From a virus (taxonomy: Duplodnaviria > Heunggongvirae > Uroviricota > Caudoviricetes), in IMG/VR virus record IMGVR_UViG_2728369593_000002: a stretch of 28,060 nucleotides of DNA; one strand, written 5' to 3'. Positions 1 to 7,318 of this stretch are shown here, piece after piece. The position numbers and the translations under genes were made by a program. How positions within the stretch are numbered: position 1 is the first letter of the stretch; the number at the start of each line of letters is the position of its first letter. The notes under the pieces were generated by a model. That model saw nothing but the letters and a program-made list of their open reading frames with translations, did no database searches and was not told where the DNA came from.

Positions 1-6
1 CTTGGA

Positions 7-294
7 ATGGGCGACTGGCGATTCTTTATTAGTGAGCCGGGAATTATTTCAGTTGAGGATTCACCACCTGGCTGGGGATTACTTCACGTTGTTAACGGAA
101 GAGTACGGAAAGTACATGGATGGCCCAGGGGTAATTGCTGTTGGGGTAATCCTGACGATAAGCCATTTACTGGAATTAAGCAGGTTGAATGCGATTACAT
201 GTCATCTGCATTAAGGCGCATGGAGTTGAGAGGGCACCTTAATGAAATATATGACGGTGTAATTGTTAATAAGAAAGAAGGAAACGCGGCATGA
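7..294 (+). CDS. hypothetical nin-region phage protein; frame is open to base 1, so the true start may lie upstream of the window
   Basis: 95-codon ORF whose stop overlaps the next start as ATGA (291-294), a translational coupling typical of lambdoid nin genes. No family recognised. Confidence 0.35.
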   Translation: MGDWRFFISEPGIISVEDSPPGWGLLHVVNGRVRKVHGWPRGNCCWGNPDDKPFTGIKQVECDYMSSALRRMELRGHLNEIYDGVIVNKKEGNAA

Positions 295-944
295 TCGCTA
301 TTACCAAAGAGCGACTGCTGACAATCAAGCAGTGGCGCGAAACATACGGACCTGGCAGCAACGTTGTACTGCCAGCAGAAGAAGCGGAAGAACTGGCACG
401 AATTGCTCTGGTATCGCTGGAAGCAAAACCAATAGGTGCATTTCACATTGCAGAACAGCAAGTTGACGGCACAAGTGACTACATCAAGGATGGGGAGTGG
501 CCTATTGATAATGGGACAATTGAAGTATACGCCGCCCCTCCAGCGCCGGATGTGCCAGCTGTTCTGGAACGTTTGCAATCCATTGTAGCGGCCCCACGCA
601 CATTACCTCGCAGAAAAGAATGGGTTAGCGGGCAGCAGTACAGTTACGTACTTCTCGAAAACGTAGAAGCTATGGTTGATGAAGCCTGCCGCGCCGCCAT
701 GCGTAAGGCTGGCAACTCTCCGGTAACTCCGGATGGTTGGATAAGCTGTAGTGAGCGAATGCCGGATACCAAAACAGCCGTTCTTGTTGCCGTGGAGTTT
801 GACAGGAAAGGTGACTGGCGAATGAAATGGGCGACTTACATCCCTGGGCATCCTGACGCTAATGATGGGTGGATAATTCCTGGTGCGTCGTGGAAACCAT
901 CACACTGGATGCCTCTACCAGAACCGCCGCAAGAGGTGAGTTAA
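291..944 (+). CDS. DUF551-like phage protein
   Basis: 217 aa; C-terminal W/P-rich region (WISCSERMPDTKTAVLVAVEFD...KPSHWMPLPEPP) resembles the DUF551 domain of lambdoid prophages. Family assignment is from memory. Confidence 0.65.
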   Translation: MIAITKERLLTIKQWRETYGPGSNVVLPAEEAEELARIALVSLEAKPIGAFHIAEQQVDGTSDYIKDGEWPIDNGTIEVYAAPPAPDVPAVLERLQSIVAAPRTLPRRKEWVSGQQYSYVLLENVEAMVDEACRAAMRKAGNSPVTPDGWISCSERMPDTKTAVLVAVEFDRKGDWRMKWATYIPGHPDANDGWIIPGASWKPSHWMPLPEPPQEVS

Positions 945-1027
945 TGAGTTGGCCTGAAGCATTCGCAACGGTAGGAATTGCAATGGCGGTGGCGCTGGTA
1001 GTGTATTCGGTTTGCCGCTGGGGGTAG
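944..1027 (+). CDS. 27-aa hydrophobic peptide (MSWPEAFATVGIAMAVALVVYSVCRWG), putative small membrane protein
   Basis: ATG overlaps the DUF551 stop as TAATG; GAGGTG Shine-Dalgarno 5 nt upstream; single predicted transmembrane helix. Too short for the ORF track. Confidence 0.35.
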   Translation: MSWPEAFATVGIAMAVALVVYSVCRWG

Positions 1028-1186
1028 GGTATTAGAAAAACGCCCCGCCTCATAGGTTGGGCGTCTGAGAGGCGGAGGCGGGAGTTATTACATAGTGACA
1101 CAACAATACCTGATTTTGTATTGAAGCAGGGAAGATGTGACTACATATTGAGTTATGTGCGCGTACGTCAAACACGGGAGGTTATC

Positions 1187-1276
1187 GTGCTGGTTCTGAA
1201 AGGGGCGCTGGCTATTGTATCTGTGATGGCAATTTATTGCTTTGTTGTTGTTCTTATTGATCGCTTTTCTGATTGA
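1187..1276 (+). CDS. 29-aa hydrophobic peptide (VLVLKGALAIVSVMAIYCFVVVLIDRFSD), GTG start
   Basis: Strong GGGAGG Shine-Dalgarno (1176-1181) 5 nt upstream of GTG at 1187; single hydrophobic helix. Confidence 0.3.
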   Translation: MLVLKGALAIVSVMAIYCFVVVLIDRFSD

Positions 1277-1399
1277 TTTCGTGTTGGCGAGTTGGCGGGA
1301 GTTAAGTAGAATTGCTGCGGGTGCTTGAGGCTATCTGCCTCAGGCATGAACACCAAAGGCAGATAGAGAAAAGCCCCAGTTAACATTACGCGTCCTGCA

Positions 1400-2560
1400 A
1401 GACGCTTAACATTAATCTGAGGCCCAATCTATGTCTCACAAATGTAGGTTAGCCTCTTACGTGCCGAAAGGCAAGGAGATGTATGGGTCCACCACATATT
1501 GCAATTTTTATTCTCTTTTAAAATATATTCCACGGGCGTCATTAGTGCGAGCGCCTTGTGGGGTCTTTTGCTGTTATACAGCACCAGATATTCCGCCAGC
1601 TTCTGGTTAAATAGCGCCAGATCTTCAAAGAGTAAAATCTCATTAAATTCAATAAACTGCTCTCTTAACGTCCGGTTAAAACGTTCACAGATAGCGTTCA
1701 TTTTTGGCGTGTAGGGATAGGTCCAGAGGTGTTTGATAGCGGCTTCCTGCAGCGTTTTGTCGAAGTTTCCCAGGAACTCTTTTCCGTTATCTGTGATTAT
1801 CTGGCTGATACCGACCGGGAACAACCGGGCTGCGCGGCTGAAGAAGTGATTGACGATATCACTGTTGAGTGACGGCACAGCCAGCGCCAGCGCGTAATTG
1901 CTGCATTCGTCGATCATGGTGATGACATAGCGACGCAGTTCGCCCATTCTGAGCTCAATGGCGTCCATCCCAATGAGCTCACCTGTCTTTGCCGGGCGGT
2001 AGTGCTTTGGCCTGCGGGGTTTGGCAGACCGCTTTTTGACAAGCAGTGCCTTCCCCCGCGATCCCAGACGCACAGGTATCATCCGCATTTTATCATGTGC
2101 GGCAGCGATCATTCTGCCGATGGTGGAAACACTCGGACAGGCCAGATAGCGCTGTTCGCACCAGGGCTTCAGGCGAACAAAAATCTGCTCTTTACCGAGG
2201 TTCGGCAGCTCTGTCCTGAGGCGTCGAATCTCTTTCAGCACATCGGGATGCCAGTGTTTTTTTCGTCGCACCAGAGGTGCCTTACTGTGCGGGATTAGCC
2301 CCTCAGGTCCTTCCTTGTTCAGTAACTGACGCCACCAGTAAAGCGTGCGGCAGGACACGCCAAAGGCTTCAGAAGCTGCAGAAATACCGTGTTTATCCCA
2401 GAAGTGCAGAGCCTTCATTCTCATTGTTGCTATATCAGCCATCACTGAAAGCCTCAACGCATAATCGGCCGTTTGGTAGTACTTAGGATAGCCAACCATC
2501 AGATGCTGCATTTGCATAGTGCAATCTCCACTTACTTATCCGGAGGCAATTGCAATATCT
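1400..2560 (-). mobile_element. IS481-family-like insertion sequence (boundaries approximate; terminal inverted repeats not identified)
   Basis: Lone minus-strand transposase gene inside an otherwise + strand phage operon. Approx. 1.1 kb unit consistent with the IS481 family. Confidence 0.45.
1429..2517 (-). CDS. DDE transposase, IS481-family-like (N-terminal HTH plus rve integrase core)
   Basis: 362 aa with IITDNGKEF and YNSKRPHKAL motifs typical of rve-core transposases. GGAG Shine-Dalgarno upstream of the ATG on the minus strand. True start could be an internal Met (MADIATM...). Confidence 0.8.
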   Translation of the reverse strand: MQMQHLMVGYPKYYQTADYALRLSVMADIATMRMKALHFWDKHGISAASEAFGVSCRTLYWWRQLLNKEGPEGLIPHSKAPLVRRKKHWHPDVLKEIRRLRTELPNLGKEQIFVRLKPWCEQRYLACPSVSTIGRMIAAAHDKMRMIPVRLGSRGKALLVKKRSAKPRRPKHYRPAKTGELIGMDAIELRMGELRRYVITMIDECSNYALALAVPSLNSDIVNHFFSRAARLFPVGISQIITDNGKEFLGNFDKTLQEAAIKHLWTYPYTPKMNAICERFNRTLREQFIEFNEILLFEDLALFNQKLAEYLVLYNSKRPHKALALMTPVEYILKENKNCNMWWTHTSPCLSARKRLTYICET

Positions 2561-2588
2561 CTGTGAACTTACACAGGAGAAGCAGGCT

Positions 2589-2744
2589 ATGAAGCAGCAA
2601 AAGGCGATGTTAATCGCCCTGATCGTCATCTGTTTAACCGTCATAGTGACGGCACTGGTAACGAGGAAAGACCTCTGCGAGGTACGAATCCGAACCGGCC
2701 AGACGGAGGTCGCTGTCTTCACAGCTTACGAACCTGAGGAGTAA
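2589..2744 (+). CDS. hokD: Hok/Gef family type I toxin, 51 aa (HokD/RelF-like)
   Basis: MKQQKAMLIALIVICLTVIVTALVTRKDLCEVRIRTGQTEVAVFTAYEPEE has the Hok transmembrane helix and conserved C..C..E periplasmic tail. AGGAGA Shine-Dalgarno 8 nt upstream. The listed 2550..2744 ORF is the same frame with an N-terminal extension. Confidence 0.85.
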   Translation: MKQQKAMLIALIVICLTVIVTALVTRKDLCEVRIRTGQTEVAVFTAYEPEE

Positions 2745-2813
2745 GAGACCTGGTGGGGGAGAAATCCCTCGCCACCTCTGATGTGTCAGGCATCCTCAAT
2801 GCACCCGCACTTA

Positions 2814-2836
2814 ACCCGCTTCGGCGGGTTTTTTGT
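2814..2836 (+). terminator. intrinsic terminator downstream of hok
   Basis: ACCCGC-TTCG-GCGGGT hairpin followed by a T6 run. Confidence 0.6.
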
Positions 2837-2870
2837 TGCGCGCTGAATACGCAGGGTGAAAAATAACCAT

Positions 2871-2935
2871 ATATTTGATTATATACACAACAAAAAATAA
2901 AAGTCATTGCACCTGCACATTAAATAATCAAATAT
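2871..2935. repeat. 13-bp inverted repeat pair (TATATTTGATTAT ... ATAATCAAATATA) in an AT-rich intergenic region; candidate operator
   Basis: Exact reverse-complement arms at about 2870-2882 and 2924-2936, upstream of the small gene at 3020. Confidence 0.4.
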
Positions 2936-3019
2936 ACGACGTGAAATAAATATTTTTCAGATTAATATTTTTGTCTCTATGTGGATATAACCGTTTGCAC
3001 TTATAAACCTGGAGGCATC

Positions 3020-3232
3020 GTGGAAAAAATAAAGAAACTATTTAGTAGCAAATATGCAGTCATACGTCGTGATGACCTGTCAGTTATAGTCGAAATGGAT
3101 TACTTCCCTGAAACCAAAAAATCAATGATGTATCGTAATGGTCGAAAGGCAATTTTTTTACCGATGAGGGTAAGTGACATTATGGGAAATGATAAACTGC
3201 TGGATGAATTGCGAGTCAGAGCATCCTGTTAG
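3020..3232 (+). CDS. small hypothetical protein (about 70 aa), GTG start
   Basis: GGAGG Shine-Dalgarno (3011-3015) 4 nt before GTG 3020, same frame as listed ORF 2981..3232. No family recognised. Confidence 0.4.
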   Translation: MEKIKKLFSSKYAVIRRDDLSVIVEMDYFPETKKSMMYRNGRKAIFLPMRVSDIMGNDKLLDELRVRASC

Positions 3233-3247
3233 TATTGGCATTAATTC

Positions 3248-3256
3248 TGGTATACT
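3248..3256 (+). promoter_or_regulatory. candidate extended -10 promoter (TGgTATACT) for the DUF1367/ybcO/Q gene block
   Basis: TG dinucleotide one base upstream of TATACT, about 48 bp before the 3304 start codon. Confidence 0.3.
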
Positions 3257-3303
3257 ACATAACGGGCTGAACACCCATTCTACTGCGCCAGCGGAGAACT
3301 ACG

Positions 3304-3903
3304 ATGGCGCATATACAACTGGTCAAACAAACCTATTCCGGATTACTTCTCCCGGCGACGCCGGAGAGTTGCGATTTTTTGCATCAAATCAAAATAGGTG
3401 AGTGGATACACGCGGACTTTAAGCGAGTGCGTAACTACGCGTTCCACAAGCGTTTTTTCAAACTCCTGCAACTGGGATTCGATTACTGGACTCCGAACGG
3501 TGGGGCGATCACGCCTCGAGAACGAGAACTGGTATCAGGCTTCGTTGAGTATCTGTGCGAATCAGTTGGTCGGGAACACACTCCAGCCCTGAGCGAAGCC
3601 GCAGAGCAATATCTGAATGCCGTTGCGACACGCAGAACCCGGGATACGGCATTGCTCAAGTCATTTGACGCTTTCCGCGAATGGGTAACCATTCAGGCCG
3701 GATTTTACACCGAGCATATTTATCCGGACGGTAGCCACGGGCGTCGGGCGAAATCCATTGCTTTTGCGAATATGGACGAAACCGAGTTTCAGCAGGTTTA
3801 TAAAGCCGTACTGAATGTGCTGTGGAACTGGATCCTGTTCCGTAAATTCTCCTCTCCGGAGGAAGTCGAAAATGTGGCCGCGCAGCTTCTGGAGTTTGCG
3901 TAA
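3304..3903 (+). CDS. DUF1367-like lambdoid phage protein
   Basis: 199 aa; GGAG Shine-Dalgarno 7 nt upstream; sits directly upstream of ybcO-like and Q-like genes as in lambdoid prophages. Family assignment is from memory. Confidence 0.6.
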   Translation: MAHIQLVKQTYSGLLLPATPESCDFLHQIKIGEWIHADFKRVRNYAFHKRFFKLLQLGFDYWTPNGGAITPRERELVSGFVEYLCESVGREHTPALSEAAEQYLNAVATRRTRDTALLKSFDAFREWVTIQAGFYTEHIYPDGSHGRRAKSIAFANMDETEFQQVYKAVLNVLWNWILFRKFSSPEEVENVAAQLLEFA

Positions 3904-4193
3904 TGGTGGATTTACGTAAAGCGGCAAAAGGTCAGATGTGTACAGTCAGAATTCCTGGCTACTGCAATCACAATCCCGAAACGTCCGTGCTGGCGCATTA
4001 CAGGCTGGCGGGGACGTGTGGAACAGCGACAAAACCACACGATATGCAGGCAGCGATTGCCTGCAGCTCATGCCACGATTTAATCGACGGGCGGGTAAAA
4101 ACCAGCGATTACACCAAAGAAGAATTGCGCCTGATGCATGCAGAAGGTGTTTTTCGCACACAAGAAATCTGGAGAAAGGAAGGTTATTTATGA
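3903..4193 (+). CDS. ybcO: YbcO-like (DUF1364) putative nuclease, Cys-rich
   Basis: 96 aa with VRIPGYCNHNPETSVLAH...CGTATKP...IACSSCHD, matching the YbcO family of DLP12-type prophages. Start overlaps the upstream stop. Confidence 0.75.
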   Translation: MVDLRKAAKGQMCTVRIPGYCNHNPETSVLAHYRLAGTCGTATKPHDMQAAIACSSCHDLIDGRVKTSDYTKEELRLMHAEGVFRTQEIWRKEGYL

Positions 4194-4744
4194 TTTACCC
4201 AACAAATACAGGCAAAAGCGGGGAACACCTTCGTCTCACCACGCTGGAAAGTGTCTGGATTCAGGGAAAACTGCGCATGTGGGGGCGCTGGTCGTATATT
4301 GGCGGCGGTAAGACGGGAAATATGTTCAACCAGTTGCTGACCTCTAAAAAGCTGACAAAAACGGCAATTAACGAGGCGCTCCGGAGGATGAAAAAAGCAG
4401 GTCTGGACAAACCTGAGCTTGAGGCTTTTTTGCGGGATATGATCAACGGCAAGCAAAAAAGCTGGCTGGTGCATTGTACTGATGCAGAGGCGTTATGCAT
4501 TGATCGGGTGATTAGTGAAGTGCTGGCAGAACACCCAGGATTGATTTGTATCCTCCGGCAACGATATGAAGGGAGGGGGATGACTAAGCGCAAAATGGCT
4601 GAATTGCTGAATGATTCACACCCTGAGTGGTGTTACGCCACGTGCCGTAATCGCATAGATGCGTGGTTGAAAATGGCAGAGTTTATGCTCTATCTGCCGA
4701 TGCGTGATGCATTCTCTTCCGGGGATCTAAAAACCGTCTGTTGA
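4190..4744 (+). CDS. late-gene antiterminator Q-like protein
   Basis: 184 aa from ATG 4190 (ATGA overlap with ybcO stop). A pR'-like promoter and short terminator follow immediately, upstream of the lysis cassette. The listed 3938 start is rejected because it overlaps ybcO. Confidence 0.6.
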   Translation: MIYPTNTGKSGEHLRLTTLESVWIQGKLRMWGRWSYIGGGKTGNMFNQLLTSKKLTKTAINEALRRMKKAGLDKPELEAFLRDMINGKQKSWLVHCTDAEALCIDRVISEVLAEHPGLICILRQRYEGRGMTKRKMAELLNDSHPEWCYATCRNRIDAWLKMAEFMLYLPMRDAFSSGDLKTVC

Positions 4745-4770
4745 CTCAATCTGTTATCCGGGGCTATATT
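4741..4770 (+). promoter_or_regulatory. pR'-like late promoter: -35 TTGACT (4741-4746), 18-bp spacer, -10 TATATT (4765-4770)
   Basis: Sigma-70 consensus-like hexamers abutting the Q stop codon, the position of pR'/qut in lambdoid phages. Confidence 0.5.
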
Positions 4771-4831
4771 CCTCACGCGTCAGCAAAATCTGGCGTCGGG
4801 ATTGGCGTCCTGGATAGAGACCGCGACAGAT

Positions 4832-4857
4832 ACACGCCGCGAGCGTGTTTTTTATTG
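4832..4857 (+). terminator. tR'-like intrinsic terminator about 60 nt downstream of the pR'-like promoter
   Basis: ACACGC-CGCGA-GCGTGT hairpin followed by TTTTTTATT. Confidence 0.5.
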
Positions 4858-5014
4858 TCGTATGCACGCGCACATCTGAATTATGGTGGGCTGTGTGGGG
4901 GCGGAGAGATCCGCGCCGGTCGGTTTCCCGGTTACGCCAACCCTGCACAGTTCACCACCAGATGATTGGCGTCGTCGGTGGTGAGTTATTAAGAAACCAC
5001 CAGAGGGCGTCATT

Positions 5015-5527
5015 ATGACAACTCAAATTTCTGTTGAAACTCTCTCCCCGATCACCCATAACCAGATTCCTGTTATTACCACCGAACTTTTGGCGCAGCT
5101 TTACGGCACTGAGCCGGTGCGCATTCGCCAGAATCATCATGAGAACAAAGTACGCTTCGTTGAAGGGAAACACTTTTTCAAAGTTGTTGGTAATGACCTT
5201 AAAGAATTGCGGGTAGCTTTAAACTACTCACAAAATTTGCGGGTTACTTTAAGTAACTCACAAAATTTGCAACCATCTTTAAGAGGGTTACAAATTTCCC
5301 CGAAAGCCCGCTCCCTCATCCTCTGGACAGAACGCGGAGCAGCCCGTCATGCCAAAATGCTCGAAACCGATCAGGCGTGGGATGTGTTCGAAAAAGCTGG
5401 AAGACTGCTATTTCAGACAAAAAGGATCCGTCAGCGCCAGCTTCATGCCAGAAAAAGTTTACGACACGCGAGTTCTCTGTTATCAGCGAGGCGGTGTCAC
5501 TGTTTCCACAATTCAGTTGCGGGATGA
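5015..5527 (+). CDS. ORF6N/KilA-N-like DNA-binding domain protein (antirepressor-like moron); the C-terminus probably continues in ORF 5349..5630 after a frame break
   Basis: N-terminal region (ITTELLAQLYGTEPVRIRQNHHENKVRFVEGKHFFKV ... LILWTERGAARHAKMLE) resembles the ORF6N domain. The last 35 residues of this frame are Arg-rich and look out of frame. Confidence 0.55.
   Translation: MTTQISVETLSPITHNQIPVITTELLAQLYGTEPVRIRQNHHENKVRFVEGKHFFKVVGNDLKELRVALNYSQNLRVTLSNSQNLQPSLRGLQISPKARSLILWTERGAARHAKMLETDQAWDVFEKAGRLLFQTKRIRQRQLHARKSLRHASSLLSARRCHCFHNSVAG
5205..5294 (+). repeat. three tandem, progressively degenerate copies of a 30-bp unit inside the ORF6N gene
   Basis: aattgcgggtagctttaaactactcacaaa / atttgcgggttactttaagtaactcacaaa / atttgcaaccatctttaagagggttacaaa; encodes LRVALNYSQN-LRVTLSNSQN-LQPSLRGLQI. 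Confidence 0.55.
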
Positions 5528-5725
5528 TGATATTGTTATTTCCCTTGAGTCATGGCTGGAACTGGCGAGAGCCAATGGTTGGTTTGTTGTTCGCAGAGAT
5601 AAACTGGTGGAAAGGCTGATGCAGCTTTAAAAAAGTTCTTGCAATTTTAGCCATAAACTGCTTCAATTTCGGTATGCTTCGCAAAGCTGTATCGCGAGGC
5701 GAACCAAGCGCATGCACTTTACCAG

Positions 5726-5756
5726 AACCCGCCATTGAGCGGGTTTTGTTGTTTCT
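5726..5756 (+). terminator. intrinsic terminator downstream of the ORF6N gene
   Basis: AACCCGC-CATTGA-GCGGGTT hairpin followed by TTTTGTTGTTT. Confidence 0.5.
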
Positions 5757-5978
5757 GACGGATAGAAAAAATGAAATAGCTAAATAAAAAGAATGCATTG
5801 GATGCCATATATTGGCAACGTGACGACAGCGTTAATCTGGTCGGGCTCCCATGGCGACGTAGTGAGGGAGAGGAAGCGTAAAGCATCACTGAGTTACGGT
5901 TGGCACCCGGTTTAACGCGTAAGTGGCCTGATAAAGAGATAGTGCGCCGCGGCACTCACAGCGGCAACGATTAACTGA

Positions 5979-6003
5979 CCTCGGCATTTGCCGAGGTTTT
6001 TTA
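5979..6003 (+). terminator. intrinsic terminator upstream of the lysis cassette
   Basis: CCTCGGC-ATTT-GCCGAGG hairpin followed by a T6 run. Confidence 0.55.
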
Positions 6004-6102
6004 TTTAAGGCCGCAGACAGGCCCATTTAGTGCAACGCCTTTCCCCGTTTCCGCTCCTGGAATATTCGGGGATTTTTTATTCCCTCAATTTGCACCCGCG
6101 AT

Positions 6103-6462
6103 ATGTGCGAGGTGAGAGATGATGAAATGCCTCATAACCCAAATACCTGGCCGGACTGGCTGGAGTTGTTTCAGAGCTGGTGGCGTGGAGACACTCCGCT
6201 GGGCGCAGTGATTATGTCGATCGTTATGGCTGGTTTGCGCATCGCCTATTTTGGCGGTGGTGGGGGCTGGAAACGAAAAACGCTTGAGATTTTGCTCTGT
6301 GGTGCCCTGACGCTGACCTTTGCATCCGCGCTTGAGTATGTCGGATGGCCTAAATCACTTTCTGTTGCCATTGGTGGTGGGGTGGGGCTGATTGGTGTTG
6401 ATGCTATTCGTGGTGCGGCAATGAGGGTCATCGGTAACAAGTTCGGTGCCCATAAGGAGTAA
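6103..6462 (+). CDS. class I holin, lambda S-like; possible dual start (Met at 6103 and Met at 6127)
   Basis: Three predicted transmembrane segments, Gly-rich loops and a charged C-terminal tail; GAGGTGA Shine-Dalgarno precedes the second Met at 6127. Lies immediately upstream of the endolysin. Confidence 0.8.
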   Translation: MCEVRDDEMPHNPNTWPDWLELFQSWWRGDTPLGAVIMSIVMAGLRIAYFGGGGGWKRKTLEILLCGALTLTFASALEYVGWPKSLSVAIGGGVGLIGVDAIRGAAMRVIGNKFGAHKE

Positions 6463-6465
6463 TTA

Positions 6466-6942
6466 ATGCAGACACTTAATTCCCAGCGTAAAGCTTTCCT
6501 TGATATGGTGGCATGGTCAGAAGGAACAGATAACGGACGGCAGAAAACCAGAAATCACGGTTATGATGTTATTGTCGGTGGCGAACTGTTCACTGATTAC
6601 TCCGATCACCCCCGCAAACTTGTCACGCTAAATCCGAAACTCAAATCAACAGCCGCCGGACGTTACCAGCTTCTTTCACGCTGGTGGGATGCCTACCGCA
6701 AGCAACTTGGTCTGAAAGATTTTTCTCCAGAAAGCCAGGATGCTGTAGCGCTGCAGCAGATTAAAGAGCGTGGCGCTTTACCGATGATTGACCGCGGCGA
6801 TATTCGTCAGGCAATCGACCGTTGCAGCAATATCTGGGCTTCGTTGCCGGGCGCTGGTTACGGTCAGTATGAACATAGAATCGGTGACCTGATTGCCCGA
6901 TTTAAAGAAGCTGGTGGGGGGGTAAATGAAGCTGAGATATAA
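6466..6942 (+). CDS. R: endolysin, lambda R-type lytic transglycosylase
   Basis: 158 aa; NSQRKAFLDMVAWSEGTDNGRQKTRNHGYDVIVGGELFTDYSDHPRKLVTLNPKLKST...RGDIRQAIDRCSNIWASLPGAGYGQ is near-identical to lambda R as recalled. Confidence 0.9.
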   Translation: MQTLNSQRKAFLDMVAWSEGTDNGRQKTRNHGYDVIVGGELFTDYSDHPRKLVTLNPKLKSTAAGRYQLLSRWWDAYRKQLGLKDFSPESQDAVALQQIKERGALPMIDRGDIRQAIDRCSNIWASLPGAGYGQYEHRIGDLIARFKEAGGGVNEAEI

Positions 6943-7318
6943 GCTGGTTATTGTTGCCTTCTTTGTTACCGTCATCGGTTCTTTTATCTGGTCTGCCGGG
7001 CATTACTACAGCAAATATCAGCACGAAAAGGAGCGCGCTGATGAGGCTGTACGAAATGCTGAATCTGCAACAGCCATTACCAGTAACGTCCTGCAATCAC
7101 TGCAAATCATCAATACAGTTATAGAGGCTAACCAGCATGCAAAACAGCAGAGCGCACTGGAGTCACAGAGAACCCAGGAAGATATCAAAGTGGCTGTTGC
7201 GGATGATGATTGCGCTGTTCGTGTTGTTCCTTCTGGCGCAGTTAAGCGGTTGCACGAATACGCGAACGGTATACGTGTCGGTGCCGGTCATTCCGTTACC
7301 AGCAAGTCTGACGGCTGA
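6926..7318 (+). CDS. Rz: i-spanin (Rz-like)
   Basis: N-terminal transmembrane helix then a helical periplasmic domain; start overlaps the endolysin stop; contains the overlapping o-spanin frame. Confidence 0.6.
   Translation: MKLRYKLVIVAFFVTVIGSFIWSAGHYYSKYQHEKERADEAVRNAESATAITSNVLQSLQIINTVIEANQHAKQQSALESQRTQEDIKVAVADDDCAVRVVPSGAVKRLHEYANGIRVGAGHSVTSKSDG

Noticed and set aside
195-578. 127-aa minus-strand ORF overlapping the DUF551-like gene
   Set aside because: Antisense to a + strand gene with recognisable domain features and translational coupling.
1429-2517. Minus-strand rve-domain protein as the phage integrase
   Set aside because: DDE motifs (TDNG, YNxxRPH) mark an IS-type transposase rather than a tyrosine or serine recombinase, and it sits mid-prophage rather than at an attachment site.
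3938-4744. Listed 268-aa ORF as the full Q-like protein
   Set aside because: Its first 250 nt overlap the ybcO-like gene in another frame. The internal ATG at 4190 overlaps the ybcO stop as ATGA and gives a typical gene size.
4880-4965. Possible tRNA gene downstream of the tR'-like terminator (GC-rich stretch ending in CACCACCA)
   Set aside because: No T-loop consensus (GTTCRANYC) and no acceptable cloverleaf by eye. Lambdoid phages often carry tRNAs here, but this sequence does not look like one.
6040-6075. Additional hairpin plus U-tract just upstream of the holin
   Set aside because: Stem is only 5 bp with a 19-nt loop, so it is too weak to call a terminator.
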